Of a DNA stretch of 64,000 bases, positions 25,179 through 39,096 are shown piece after piece; position 1 is the stretch's first letter; the number at the start of each line of letters is the position of its first letter. Source of the DNA: Pocillopora damicornis. Its lineage: Eukaryota. A program made the position numbers and the translations under genes. The DNA is taken from positions 186,001 to 250,000 of the forward strand of contig NW_020847331.1 of NCBI RefSeq assembly GCF_003704095.1. Direction: 5' to 3'. The notes under the pieces were generated by a model, which was not told where the DNA came from, searched no databases, and worked only from the letters and a program-made list of their open reading frames with translations.

Positions 25179-26157
25179 TTATTGGACTGCAAAATTAAGC
25201 TGGAACTTGTCGCTGTCATTGTATGTTTCTCTGGAATCGACAAAAGCTAGAGCCATTAAATAAGGAAAGTGCGCGAAAGTCTTTCTTGATTTTTTTATCT
25301 CAACATAACTTGCTACCATGATTCCTAATTTCTTGCTTTTAAGCATTTTTCTTTGTTCTTCCATATTTTTTTTTGGGCTGAAATAAAGTCTCTTGACGTT
25401 TCGGTCACTTTTGCTGGTCTCCTTCAGGTTGAATGTCAGATTCGCATTTCTACTTTTAAATAACACATTTTGAGTTAAATCATCTTATCTTTATTTGTTA
25501 TGGTGATAGGACTTAATGGTGTCCAATTCATTTATGTTTAGAGAAATTCTGTATTTATGTAAAGATAGTAGTCACTAATTCTAGAATGTCCCAGTTATTA
25601 ACTGCTCTCTCCGTGGTCGTTGGGTGTGCATAGAACTGAAAGAGTACGTCAACTAGATTGTGACGTTTTAAGTTCGCGCTTCCTTTTGAGACGTTCTTTG
25701 TCAAAGCAAAGTATGTTTTTTCCGTGTTTTCATAGCCTAATGTAATGACTCGAGAGGTTGGGACAATCATCGAAAATTATCGACCTCTCAAGTGATAGGA
25801 CACCTGTCCAGTCTTGTTTATAACTGGTGAATAGTACCAGTTTCAAGCGGGAAACTTCCTCACTGTTCACAAGTTGAACCGGATCTATTTTGGCTGGAAG
25901 CCCAGCTTGACACAAAATGTCAAGTAAAGCAAATTCGTGGCGTCTCAATAGCAATTTTCAACTTCTTACTGCTGATAAATTAGATTATGGATCATGGGAG
26001 TTTCTTATATGTTACCCTAAAGCCTGGGATTGTATCCTCATTGCCTAAACCCTAGGATTGTACCCTCTTAGGTTGGCCTTAAGATAGAGCAAATCAAAGG
26101 AAGTATTTCCACCATAGGAAACGATTAAAAGTCAGGCGCCTGTCTAATTTGGAGATA

Positions 26158-26428
26158 GACATTGTAATGGACCAAATTAAAAAATGTTTTCATTGGCTCA
26201 CAATGAAATGCTGTCAAGAAATGTCCCTTAAATAAACGTTCGTAAATCAAAAGTAAATAAAAAGAGGGAAAAAATTAAAGAAACTGAATGACATTGTCAT
26301 GGACTGAATTCAAAAATGTTTTCAGTTAACTTGACTCACAATGAAATGCTGCCAAGAAAAGTCCCTTAAAATAAACATTCGTAAACTCGAAGTAAATAAA
26401 GAGAGGGAAACAATTAAAGAAACTGCAT
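26158..26428. repeat. ~132-bp imperfect tandem duplication
   Basis: GACATTGT.ATGGAC...AATTAAAGAAACTG repeated at 26158 and 26290. Confidence 0.9.
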
Positions 26429-27436
26429 TCGAAATGACGAATCCCTCCGGCTAGAGATTTTTCCTGGATAAAGCTAAATTATAAAGAAAAATTTGAGAAC
26501 CAAGGGTCATGTTTTCACCCCGAAGCCAAAGGTATGTTCTCCTATAACCAAAATTCAGCTTCCCTCATCAGTCAATGTTAAATAAGTGCGTGTGCACGCG
26601 ACTCGTTTCATTGAACAGTGTTAATGAGTCATGGCAGCGAGAGCAAAAACATTAAGGACGATTGTGATTGCAAACTGGAAGAGGTTTCATATTATCAAAT
26701 TTCTTTCCATGATTCCATGCATATGAAGTTTGCGTATGCGACAGAAGACAGAGACCTATTTTACTATGCACTATTCATTTTGTAAGCAATAAGGCTCAAT
26801 GTTTGTATATCTAGAACAACAAAATTTACAAATCGCGTAAAGAAAGGATCCAGACAGATGAACTGCGACTTTCAGCAATCGCAGAAAAGAAAAAAAGTCA
26901 GGCTTCGAAAGGGGCCTGAGCTGCTTCAGGTTTCCTTTCTGCAGTTGTTAAAAATGGATTACACCTCCGGAGGATCATTTCTTTGCTTGAATTGTAGATT
27001 TTGTTGTACTTGATCAATCATTCAAATTTATTTCATTACAAGTTGTTATCAAAATCTACAAATTCAGAAATTGCTTTTTGTTCCTCCCTTCTTCTTCCCT
27101 AAAATGTTGAGGGGGTCTTTCCTATGGGAGATTAAAGGAAGTCGGGGTTTTAACTTTTTACATTTTAAGAATAATGATATTAATCACAACAAAAAGGTGG
27201 CTGCTGCGTCAGAATTTATATGTCAATTATGGCACTTTAAAAAAATGATGTCTTGGAAAGAATCTGCTTTAATTATCGTCGTTTCATTGCCAGGTTCACC
27301 TCGAAGTATGATTGAGAAGAATGGAACATTGGGTATATGCATTTAAATAGTCAAGCGATAAGAGCTGACAAAGCGAGTGAATAGTGGTTGGTTGAAGCGT
27401 ACGCTATTGTGGGCACGACACGAATTAACACGAATA

Positions 27437-28450
27437 ATGACAAGTGGAGAGTTACATGCAATACTTGTTCCATTCGGTATAACCTTTTACTCTATAGTTT
27501 TCTTGCTGTCAGTTTTGGGAAATTTTATTGTCCTCTCAATTTGTTACCGATCAATAAAAAGAAAGGTGGGTTCATTAAAATGGTTTATCGCTAATTTAGC
27601 TGTTGCTGACCTGACGTTTGTGTTCCTGTCTATACTGGACCTCGTTAGTTATTTATCACGTACATGGGTTGGAGGTCAGATCTCTTGCAAACTGCAAAGT
27701 TTTTTCATCGAGGCTTGCTACACAGTATCCATAACAACTCTGTCTATTATAAGCTTTGAACGACTCAAGGCAGTGGTCGAGCCACTTCATACAATAACGA
27801 TTACTCCAGCGCGTATTTATGGAAAGCTTATCGCCACCTGGAGCATGAGTGTGGTTATAGCCTCGCCATTACTTTTTGCCTACCAAACCCAAACCGATGC
27901 CAACGGGAAGGTTTCCTGCACCAACAATAAATTTGGAGATTTGGGAAGACAAGTCTATTATGGCATTCATACGATTTTCTTTTTCTTCGTCCCTCTAGTC
28001 TACATGATTTATGTCCAAAGAAAAATCTTCATATCTTTACGCTCGAGCACCAAGGTGTTCCCAAAGCAAAACAGTTTTACAACAGTGCGCTCTAAACGGC
28101 ATCTCAAGGCGGCGAAGCCACTATTTGTTCTAACTATGGCATTTGCTGCCTGCTGGTCGCCCTTCATCTGTGTGCGAGGGCTCATTTACATTCATCTCGC
28201 AGATGAAGGTTATATCTGGAGAGCATCCCAGCTTTTAATTTTCCTGAACACGATGTTAGATCCAATTCTTTACGGTATCTATGGGGAACGTGAGAACTTC
28301 AAGGCAATTTTAAAACGTTTTATTCCATGTGCCAAATGTCAAACCCGTGCTCTGGAAGAACTCAGTCGGTCCACTCAAAGCCAAATGGCAACTAACAATG
28401 AGAAAAACTGTTACCCATGGCCAGGTCTGTTAATAGAATTATATGAATAG
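27437..28450 (+). CDS. Intronless class A orphan GPCR (FERL / GDLGRQ subgroup), 337 aa
   Basis: GN, LAVAD, WVGG..SCK, ERL, CWSP, DPILY. First ATG at 27437 (27377 is GTG). Confidence 0.92.
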   Translation: MTSGELHAILVPFGITFYSIVFLLSVLGNFIVLSICYRSIKRKVGSLKWFIANLAVADLTFVFLSILDLVSYLSRTWVGGQISCKLQSFFIEACYTVSITTLSIISFERLKAVVEPLHTITITPARIYGKLIATWSMSVVIASPLLFAYQTQTDANGKVSCTNNKFGDLGRQVYYGIHTIFFFFVPLVYMIYVQRKIFISLRSSTKVFPKQNSFTTVRSKRHLKAAKPLFVLTMAFAACWSPFICVRGLIYIHLADEGYIWRASQLLIFLNTMLDPILYGIYGERENFKAILKRFIPCAKCQTRALEELSRSTQSQMATNNEKNCYPWPGLLIELYE

Positions 28451-30549
28451 AAGTCAGTCCTACGCCGAATTAAACCAAACAGTGGCACATGAGCCGCAGG
28501 CGTGTGCATCATCAGTGTTCTTTCCAAATTTTGGTGTTTTCTACGATTTGTTACTACATAAATCTATGGAAACAGGAATCACGGAAACTATTTAAAAGAC
28601 ATGTTTTTTAGCTAATTTTGTAGAGAGGTTATTTACAGGCCTCCAAAATATTTCAGGAGTAACCTTAGGAAACGATCATTTTAGAAATTGAACACAAAGT
28701 TACAATGAAAGTTACCAAAAGTATTTAAACTTCTTCAGATACATTGTTTAAGTTCTGGCCTTAGAACTGCCTTTTTTTAGCTCAAAAATGGCTGCAGGCT
28801 CACCTACATTATCGGCAACTTTACATGGGCGATCCTGAATAATATCAAGACCATTTTCGAAATTGTACAGCATTTTGAACCAAAGAGAGATAACCATTTT
28901 TAGATGACGTAAGTACTAGGCTTGTTCTTTAATAAATTTTGGGAAGGAGCAATCACAGATCGCGTAGTATCTAAATCAAGTCTTAGTATGAACAATCAAT
29001 TTTGATTTTACACGAGGTTGAAGTTCTTAGAATGTAAAACCGCCATCTTGATCTTGTCTTCACTGTTTCCTGGATTTTTGGGCTAATAAGTATCAGTAAA
29101 CCTCGAGAAAACACCACAGTCTCTATGACTCTTCAATCATTTGCCAAGCCCTTTTCACAACTGATATACAATTTTGAACTATAAATGAAAATTCTCGCCT
29201 TCTTTTTTTGAAGGGTGACTCTTACAGTAACTTTACAGCACCATTCTTAAACTGAGATCGATATAATTGAAGTCATCGTCACAAAATAACGATTAGCATT
29301 ATTTCCACTGCAAAATCAGCTGATTAAACAAATTAATAGAACCTAAATAATAAATAATAAATAAGTCTCTTTTGATGCGTGTGTTTTATCACCGCAATGT
29401 GCATGTTTCAACTTAGATGCGAAGCCGGCATAACTGATGTGAGTATGTGAATGATTCTTTTTCAGCTGGCACAGTATTGAACTAACTGATCAGTTTCCTT
29501 GTTGTCTAGTTTTTTCCTTTTCAAATAAGCGCACTCAGCTGGAGACAGGTTTGGGTGGTTTTAGAACTGGTACGTCGCGATATTCTGAACAAATTTTTAG
29601 CGTCGACGCCATGGAGAATAACTTTAAGTGGAATAAAACTAGGAAAGGTGGAAAAAATGTTTACGAGGCAAATCAACCAGAAAAAAAAAACTAAAAAGAG
29701 AGAGAGAGACAGACATTCACATGAATTGAATCCTCTGTCTGCCGGGATATTTCATTAAGTCTTTCACAGTCTAAAATAGAAGATGACATGGGCAGCTTGT
29801 CTGCTCTCTCACGAGGTGAAAAAATTCATCAACAAAAAAAAAATAAATAAAATACAGATATAAATATGTATTTATAATAAAAGATATTCCAGCACGGTCG
29901 GTGGCAGTCGCTATTTCATGATTATCTGATCACTTCAGACAGAAAATTTAACGTCTACATGCTAAAGTCTCTTCAAAGCACAAAAAGCCATCTAGTTAAT
30001 GCACTACATAAAAAGGAGCCAAATGAAGTGACACTCAGTGGAAACGCCATTCGATGAAAGGATTTGTATAGCATATGTCAGCCGTACAGATCAGTTGGGT
30101 ATAGTATAATCAAAATGTATATTCCGAAAAAAACTCCTGATCAGTTAAACTGTACAACAGCAATTGAGTCGAATGGAAATTTTACTAAGGTAATTGGTCA
30201 GGATAATAAGGAGAGTCTTTTTGCCCGGCCGCAATTTTCTTTTCAATACGATAACATCGACATATACATAACTTTGACACCTGCCAAACAGAATTGAAAG
30301 TAATAACATCAAACTGGCTAATTTAAGCGATGGAAAACGTGTTTAATCGAGTTGCAATTGGTTTCCGTTTTGAAAATGTTCGCTTTGAATGCGGTGCGAG
30401 TATCTTAAACCAACAAAGACGAGAATTTAATTTTTAAGTAAAACAAAAACAAAGCAATTTCAGACAAATCGAACTTTTCTCTAAGTTATTATATAATGAA
30501 TTGTTCAGAAATATATCCCCGAAAACGTCACCCGAGTGCACCATCCTAA

Positions 30550-30961
30550 GGCTGCAGTTTTTCACCCGCAACGGAGTCGGAGTCGTAAGAGCGCGCATCC
30601 GACCAGGTGCGTAAGTGGAGTCATAAGCTTAACGAAACAGAATCGGAATCAGAAGAATCATTCTCATTTTCTTCCGATTTCGCTGAAGACTGCGACTTTT
30701 ATGATCCAGTAAAAACTAGACTGTTAGAGTCGCAGTCAGGAGTGGAAGAACGAACCAATCATTGAGATATTTTGATCAATTTATTCTTGGGCTTACACTT
30801 GTGACTATGACCATCTATAGTTTTCACTGGATTGTATATCTGATGGAGTGGTAAGTGGCATCAGTAGTTTTCTTTCGATACCGTCAGGTTTGATTTCCAT
30901 TAGATCGTATCACTCAGTACATCTGATTACGACTCCGACTTCTTCGTAAGTGAAAACAGCC
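30550..30961. mobile_element. PIF/Harbinger-like MITE
   Basis: Inverted ends GGCTG..TTTTCAC...GAGTCGGAGTCGTA / TACGACTCCGACT...GTGAAAACAGCC, flanked by TAA and TTA. Confidence 0.65.
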
Positions 30962-32589
30962 TTATGCCCTTACGCTTTCGGGAGGTCATTTAGAACACTG
31001 TAGATTTTCTTAAAGCTCAGGGAGCAAACCTTACGAAAACACATAATTGATTAGGAGGAAAGTGGACCCCCATTGAAACACGTTCGGAGGACGTCAAGCA
31101 TTTGACTGAAATTTCATCGATTATCGCTTTTGAATCAAGGCTAAATTTTCCCCCAAGAAATAAAAGAAAGGAGAAAAAAAGGAAAAAGGCTCATATAATA
31201 ACAAAGTGTATCTCTTTTCTCTTTGGGATTTCCAATGGTTTTTCAAGATATCACTACCACCATTCACGATCTCATGACTTAGTTTATAGATTTTTCCATG
31301 TATTTGAAAAAATTCAATCAAAAGCCAGTTTAAAGCAAGATTTTAACTTTCTGAGCTTCGAATATCCCTAAAGAAAGTAAAAGGACAATTTTGCTTTAAA
31401 TCCTTTCTTTTACAAATTAAGAAAAATTCTGATTACTCTCGATGAGGAAAAAGTTCATTAGTGAACCTGACGACAGATATTTTACCCATTTGAAGACGTT
31501 TAATCATGAAAAATAAAACCATCCACGTGTTAAATTTGGTGTCAAATTAGTATTTGAATTCCAAATATTTGAAATTATTCACCTCAGCGTCGGGGAAAGT
31601 GGCTTATATTTACTAAGCCGCCAAAAAAAAATAGCTGTTTATGTCAATGCAGTGAAAAATGGTTGGAAATGCAACTCTTGACTCGAATTTGTCTGATTTG
31701 CCCAATAAACAATTTATTTATGCGAGGACTGGGACTAATCCCGAGAGGATTCAGACACATTTATATACGCCCTTTAGTGCGTAACTAGGGATCATTGTGT
31801 AATCAACGGGAACATTACCAGAAAAAGGGCGCACCAGAATTTTTGACTTTTTGTCAATGTAAAGTGTAAACATTAAACTCTTCTGTTTTCCTGTGTCGAC
31901 GCCTGGTCTTCTAATTCTTCACCTTCGACCACGGGTTCGAATCATTGTCTCTTTGGCTACCCGGGGGTAAAAACTACTTTCTAATCATCTCCGAATTAGC
32001 CATTCAGCGGGCGCAAAAGCACCATTTATCTGCGTGGTACCTACTAAAACTCATTATTTCTAATTGTTAATTGTCGGTATATTGCAAAAACTAAATGTAC
32101 AAGTGTTCTTGAAGATGTTGAACTAAAAATTTATGTTGCTCACGTTTGAGGACCTCATCAAGAGGCCACTCGTTTGAATGACACTCGATGGAAAGGAAAT
32201 TCTCAAATCTATGGGAAACAGTATGGCCTCTGCGTATTTGCTCGTTAAACAAAAACTTAATTTATCTTTAGTCAAGTATAGTATAAGTATAGTATAAGGG
32301 GAACTATATGACTTGTCACATCACTGATGTCAGTTCTAAAATTATACTTAATGGGAAAGCCAACATTCAATGAACAAGGAAGTACATAAAGTGTTTAATT
32401 TTTTGCTTTGTTGCATTTTGAGAAAAGTAACGTCATTTATTTTTAGTAACTTTGATGGTAAGGCTTAACTTGTAGGAAGGAGGAACCATATGATGAGTGA
32501 CATCTTGAGGAAGCCGCTCTTAAAATGACACTTAACGAAAAGACTAATATCTAATGGCTAAGGAAATACATGAAGTGTTTTTTTTCCTG

Positions 32590-32970
32590 TTTTCCCACAA
32601 ATCTTCTGTAGTGTACAAGCAACAATATTCTTTGTGGCTCTACTGCTGTACATGATTTGCACACATAGCCACATTTTTCGTGTCCTGCGGGTAGCGCCCA
32701 TTCTTAACACAGCCTTTATTTTGCACTCAATGCAAAGGCAACGGAAGATTGCAAAGACATGCCACTCTTTACTCTGACGATAGCGTTTGTACTCTATTGG
32801 TCTCCTTTTATGGTCATACGAACACAAATGTACTTTAGCTCAACATCGTCTGGCTACGCTTGGAAAATGTCTCAGCTTTTAATCTTCCTCAATAATATTA
32901 GATCCTTTATTGTACAGTTATTATGGAGGGCATCTGAAGTCTTCCTCACAAGCGAGACTTTTACGTAATT
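32590..32970 (+). pseudogene. 5'-truncated GPCR pseudogene fragment (TM5-TM7), closest to the 35870 receptor
   Basis: Translates FPQIFCSVQATIFFVALLLYMICTHSHIFRVLRVAPILNTAFILHSMQRQRKIAKT, then a frameshift, LFTLTIAFVLYWSPFMVIRT...WKMSQLLIFLN, then a further frameshift near LDP. No TM1-4 recognisable upstream. Confidence 0.85.
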
Positions 32971-33287
32971 AGTTACTTAAAATTGGAAGGTGCACAATTA
33001 TCACAACAATATCAAAACATTAAACTTATTGGCTTAAACTATTATCCAAATCGAGAGCTTCTCAAAGGAAGGAAACTGTCAAATGAGAATGATTGAGCAA
33101 TTTCAATAGAGTGGTAATGGCTTGACACCGCTTAACCCGTTGCAAGGCATAATTAAAATCTTAAGGTTAAGTTAAAATTTATTTTTTCGTAATTTTCACG
33201 ACTTCACTTCACGAAGTATTTGACTGAAAACCCAGTTCATGGTGAGATTTTAACTTTCAGAGTTTCCAAGAGCCCAAAATGACTCCA

Positions 33288-33480
33288 TTGACCCTTAAAC
33301 CTCCAAGATCTGATTGTTAATTCTCCCTCTTAGCTACGACACATTTCCTTGTAAATTAGTTACGAAAATTATGCGCAAGACCTGATAATTTCGAATATTC
33401 TCAACACCTGCAAGCTGGATAACGTATTGACATTTCAAGGAGTGGTTACGTTTTAAACATTTCTGGGGGTCAATGGGTTA
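33288..33480. mobile_element. piggyBac-type MITE
   Basis: TTGACCCTTAAACCTCCAAG...CTGGGGGTCAATGGGTTA ends, ~190 bp, with subterminal AATTCTCC/GGAG. Confidence 0.55.
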
Positions 33481-34447
33481 TTGAACTTCATAGTAAGTAT
33501 ATCATTCCCATTTATGAATACAGAGCCAGAGAGTAAAATTCAATACTCACCGATTTTCCCTTATAAATTTAAAATAACTGACGCCTTTAATCAAGGGATT
33601 ATTAGCTTATGTCAAGTGTTAGAACATTGAATAATAAAGAGAATTTAACGACACGAATAGTTTCAATAATCTTTCACGAAAAGGAAGAATTAAAACACAC
33701 TTACTCAGTAATGAGAGAGAGCCTGAATAAGTTAGTTGCTAGGCTTAAATCGTGAACATAGAAGCAAAAGATATTACAATTTCTCGGAACCAATTTCATT
33801 CGTAACATCTCGAGGAATTAGGCAGCGCAGTTTGAGGCTGTTAGCTAGTGTATGTACAAACCCTTACAGACAATACACTGTTCCTGTTAGGGGGGGCTTT
33901 TACAGTATAAGTCAACCGCACCGTTTCTTGTTGCACAAGAGAGTTGTGTTTGAAGGCGGTGTTTATCAATCCATGAAAATGAGTGGGTTGGTGGAGTTAA
34001 TTTCACCCACTATGTAAGAAGAAGATCTACCTCAGCTGATTTAGAAATTCCATGAACTTCCCGCTACCTCACAAACGGTAAATAATGAGGTAATAAATAC
34101 CTGTCCGGCCCCGCGCCCCGCTTACCCAGTTCCGGTATGAAAACCAGAATAAGGGCTTATATGCGTGGGGTGTAACCTGATTCGTTCTGGAAAAAGCCAT
34201 CTGGCTCTGCACTCGTATAGCTGTCTTTATTTTTCAATTTTTTTGTGAAAACGTGTATTATAATTGTGGATTTGAAACCAAAGGAAAACAGAAACTGCGA
34301 AAACAAGTTTCTCGGAGTTATCCTGCCTCGAAAAAAATTAGGGAAGAGTTTTTCTTGTAGAATCTTTTTTGTGATTGTCCTGCGTGTGCCCCTCTCTTGC
34401 GTCCTATCAAAGTTGAAACATAATTTGGTGATGTGATAAACTGCTTA

Positions 34448-34570
34448 ATTACTGAATTTGGCTGGATTGAACAGGAAAATAATACTTCTCGCTGCGCTCA
34501 GTCCGTATGTCATGGCCTCGAGCCAAATATTTTCCCTTCCGGCTCGCCGATTGAATCAATAAGTACATAG
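34448..34570 (+). repeat. Short interspersed repeat, related to 5425-5565
   Basis: Shares the same sequence blocks as the 5.4 kb copy. Confidence 0.55.
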
Positions 34571-35869
34571 CTCGTTTGAATATTGAGCATTTCATTTCGG
34601 AAGTTATTAAGTAACGGCGAAAGTTCAACAAAATCACATTTTAATTGTTGCACGTTAAAGGAAAATTAGTAGAATAAACTATGTAAGCGAAACTAATTAG
34701 GTTTCGATATTGACTGCTATCCATCCATGATATTTAAGCAAAGTTATTTACTTGATGATTTTTTCGTGATTTGAATGAAATCTTCCGTTGAATCTTGTGG
34801 CAGGTGATGTACTAGAGAATTGCTGGGATAAACATTACTGTTATTTTGTTATTTCTGCAGTACACCCATTAATTATCTCGAAAGAAACATCAGAGATTCC
34901 TCCGAATACCGCCCAAACTTGATTAGATTGATCATGCACGAAAGGGAAATAAGAAAACAATGATTTACCATACCATAAACGTTCATTGATCTTTTAGAAA
35001 AAAAATTGCAGTAGACTTAGTATCGTTCTTGCATATTTCATGAAAAAGGGGTTTATGGAAATCAATTTTAAGGATAAAAAGGCTATCGCCCACTGAAATA
35101 ATGGGTGATTTGGGTAATTTGTTCCTCGTCATAGGAGGTAAAGATTTGATGAAATATGAGAAAAAACAAAATTATTCCCGTGGAATCAAAAGAGTTTCAG
35201 CACGTTCGGTCGAAGTAATTATTTTGTGATTATCTGATCCAATATGGTGTAGAATTTTATGCCCTGGTGGAAGCAAAACCTTATCATTTAAATTAACTCT
35301 GACATAGTTTTCAAAGCGTCAATTATAGACGCACGGATGTTCTAAAATCGCGTCAGTGAAAGATTACTCTGTTTGAAACAATCTCTAAAAGGGTTCTCCC
35401 TAAAGCCACATTCAACGGAAGCTTAGTCGCCAGCGGGACCAGTACGGGATATGTTTCTAAGTGAACAATAATGTCACTTATTTTCAGTTTGGCACGGTAT
35501 ATTAATAAAAATGCAAATTCGAGAGGGACTGTCAATTTAATTTTAAAACAGCAGCACGAAAAGCCTCTCAAAACGTCAGCTCTAAAGTAGTTATTTGCTC
35601 AAAAAAACAACTTTATTGGAAAATGATCGAGGGCTTTTAATTTTTATCAAGCTGATTGATCAGGATAAATAGGAAAGTCTCATCGCCTCAGGTTGCTTTT
35701 GAAGACACTGAAAACAGGACACAGAACTCCAAATAAAACAAGGTTGAATTTATCTCTTTGATCCTCGAATATTCGAACAAAATTTATATAGACCAAAAAG
35801 TCAGATTTGTCCTTAAACGTTACATGAAACCTACGGTTTCACCGAAATCAGCCGACCAAACTACCATAC

Positions 35870-36515
35870 ATGGAGAGGAGTGATTCTTTTTCTTCAATCC
35901 TTGTGGTTCTGTTCAGTGGTTTCTACAGTTTTGTTTTTATTTTATCAACAGTTGGAAACATCTGGGTCCTGGTAACCTGCTACAAGACTTTGAAACAAAG
36001 ACACTCCCCTTTTATGTGGCTATTGGCAAATCTGGCTTCTGCCGATCTCTGCTTCACAATCTTAACCATATTCAACAGTATCGCATTTCTGTGGCAATGG
36101 GTTGGTGGTAACATCACTTGCAAACTACAAGGATTCTTAATTGAAGCAAGTTACACAAGTACAATCATCACGCTTTTGACTATAAGCTACGAAAGACTGA
36201 AGGTTACTTCGAATCCAATCAACGCTCTAGTAAAAAGATGGCCAGAGAAACAGTACTTTAAACTTATCATAATTTGGAGTTGCAGCCTACTCATTTGTTT
36301 GCCTTTGTTGTTCATTTACCGGGTGGAAACGCAACAAAATAGTGTTATGTGCCTTGCTAGAAAGAGGACGAATTTTTTCCCACAAATCTTCTACAGTGTA
36401 CATACAACAATTTTCTTTGTAGCTCCACTGGTGTATATGATTTACACACAAAGCTGCATTTTTCGAACCCTACGAGTAGCGTCCATTCCAACCACGGCCT
36501 TCATTACGCACTCAA
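35870..36515 (+). CDS. Intronless class A orphan GPCR (PQI subgroup); 3' part (TM6-7) lost in an assembly gap
   Basis: ATG at 35870, then GN, LASAD, WVGGNITCK, ERL and TM5 FFVAP, open until the Ns start at 36516. Confidence 0.85.
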
Positions 36516-38205
36516 NNNNNNNNNNNNNNNNNNNNNNNNNNNNNNNNNNNNNNNNNNNNNNNNNNNNNNNNNNNNNNNNNNNNNNNNNNNNNNNNNNNNN
36601 NNNNNNNNNNNNNNNNNNNNNNNNNNNNNNNNNNNNNNNNNNNNNNNNNNNNNNNNNNNNNNNNNNNNNNNNNNNNNNNNNNNNNNNNNNNNNNNNNNNN
36701 NNNNNNNNNNNNNNNNNNNNNNNNNNNNNNNNNNNNNNNNNNNNNNNNNNNNNNNNNNNNNNNNNNNNNNNNNNNNNNNNNNNNNNNNNNNNNNNNNNNN
36801 NNNNNNNNNNNNNNNNNNNNNNNNNNNNNNNNNNNNNNNNNNNNNNNNNNNNNNNNNNNNNNNNNNNNNNNNNNNNNNNNNNNNNNNNNNNNNNNNNNNN
36901 NNNNNNNNNNNNNNNNNNNNNNNNNNNNNNNNNNNNTTAATGAAGACTTCATTCAATTTTTCGATTCAGGCTGGTGCAAAATGTTTGCGCGATAAAATGC
37001 TCTCATACTGTAATTTTGATTATTGATCTTATAGATATTAAAGATGCTAAANNNNNNNNNNNNNNNNNNNNNNNNNNNNNNNNNNNNNNNNNNNNNNNNN
37101 NNNNNNNNNNNNNNNNNNNNNNNNNNNNNNNNNNNNNNNNNNNNNNNNNNNTGGAAAAATATCTCCATTTTGTTACTTCACATCCGCGATATCGATCACA
37201 TTTCTTTATGAAAGCTTGGAGCTTAAACCCAGAAATGTTTTTCAGTGATGATTACCACCAGGTGTAGAGTCTGAGCAAATTGATCCAATCCGGCCAAAAT
37301 TGAAAACTACAATCTACCATTGAAGCAAATGAAATTTCTTTTCGATTCACATATCGCCTTTTTATCGCTTTCGATAGATTCACCATCCATATTTTTCCGG
37401 GTTTGTTTAAATTGGAAAAGCAATGACACAAAACGTTACACCATAGCGACGAAGGCTCTTGTTTTTACTCCGTTCTCAAAGTTTCCTTTTTATTTTTGCG
37501 CCCTTCTAAGCGCAATCCACCAGCAGATGGCCTTTTCACAATTCCTCGTAACCTTGAAAATGAAGTTTTATTGTCAGTCGCTGGACAATCTCAAGAACAG
37601 ACAAGCTTTTTTTAAGATTTATCCCAATAAACGGTTGGCGCTTTAGCTCAACAGTTGCACGTAGGTGTGAAGCTGAATAAACATTTTAGCATTTCATTTC
37701 CTCAATAAAATCTACCCACAACTTAGTTTATTTTCAGTTCTCTAGTGCACTTCTGTATCTGCTTATTTGAATATTAGATCAAAAAACCGAAATCTTAAAA
37801 TTTCAAATTGTAAAGTGACTTTGCGAGTTCTAAAGGCCCGCCCGATCTTCAAAGATAAAATAAAAAAGAAAAATTTCTAATGAGCATGCAAATTTTAAGA
37901 CAGTATTTAATTTGGATTGTTACAGAATTGAAAGGGCTGAGCAAACTGAGCAGAAAAAGTATAATTACTTAGGGAAACGGCTAGCCGTCAAATGTTAAAT
38001 TTTATATTAATCTGTGAATGAGAAGAAAACAACTAGTGTGAATATATATATATATTTGTATTGTGCTGGGTTCTCTGAGCGACATAACACTCGGACATTC
38101 ATATCTGCCAAGGCAGTCAGAACTTTGACTGAACTCGATTGTGGTCGACAGGTTTTGTGTGATTCTAGAATATTCTTTGTCAAGGCCTCTCAGTCTACTT
38201 AAACT

Positions 38206-39096
38206 ATGACGACAAGTGACGACTTTCCTATAGCCATTTTGGTGTCATTCTCGGTATTTTACAGTACGTGTTTCATGCTATCGACCATTGGCAATACTTG
38301 GGTGTTGTTACGCTGCTACAAGAATTTGAAACAAAGATACTATCCATTCATGTTGCTGTTGACAAATTTAGCATCGGCAGATCTTCTCTTTACTTTCCTA
38401 ACGATTTTTAATGGTATCGGATTCTTGGAACAGTGGATCGGTGGGAACATTACCTGCAAACTCCAAGGATTCTTGCTCGAGGCGAGCTACACAACTTCAG
38501 TAACTACACTTGTGGCCATAAGCCACCAAAGACTTCGGGCTCTTGTCGACCCATTCAGCGTTCGAATCAGCAGCTGGAGCAAAAGTCAACGCATAAAACT
38601 CATTTTAATGTGGACTTCTAGCTTGCTTGTATGCTCTCCTTTGGTATATATCTATCGCGTTAAAACAAATGAAAACGGCGACGTTGTTTGTGTTACGACG
38701 ACGAGGGGAAATAGAATTCCGCAAATTTTTTATAGTGTTCACACAACAATATTCTTTGTTATACCGATGTTGTATATGATAATTACACAGAGCCGCATTT
38801 ATCGTTCTCTGCGAGTTGTGCCTATAATCAGAAACTCCTCGTGTTTTATTTTGCAATTAAATAAACGCCACAGGAAGGCTGCCAAGACACTCGTCGCTCT
38901 TAGTACAGCGTTTGTGATGTGTTGGTCCCCGTTCATGGTCATACGAACGCTGCTTCAATTCCACTTGGCGTCCCCTGGTTTAGTTTGGAGGATTTCTCAG
39001 CTTTTAATCTTTTTCAATGCTGGGTTAGATCCTCTGTTGTATGGTTATTATGGAGGAAATATGAAGTCTTCCCTGAGGAGAGTTCTATGTCGCTAA
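38206..39096 (+). CDS. Intronless class A orphan GPCR (PQI subgroup, QRL motif), 296 aa
   Basis: GN, LASAD, CKLQG, SHQRL, CWSP, DPLLY. Confidence 0.92.
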   Translation: MTTSDDFPIAILVSFSVFYSTCFMLSTIGNTWVLLRCYKNLKQRYYPFMLLLTNLASADLLFTFLTIFNGIGFLEQWIGGNITCKLQGFLLEASYTTSVTTLVAISHQRLRALVDPFSVRISSWSKSQRIKLILMWTSSLLVCSPLVYIYRVKTNENGDVVCVTTTRGNRIPQIFYSVHTTIFFVIPMLYMIITQSRIYRSLRVVPIIRNSSCFILQLNKRHRKAAKTLVALSTAFVMCWSPFMVIRTLLQFHLASPGLVWRISQLLIFFNAGLDPLLYGYYGGNMKSSLRRVLCR

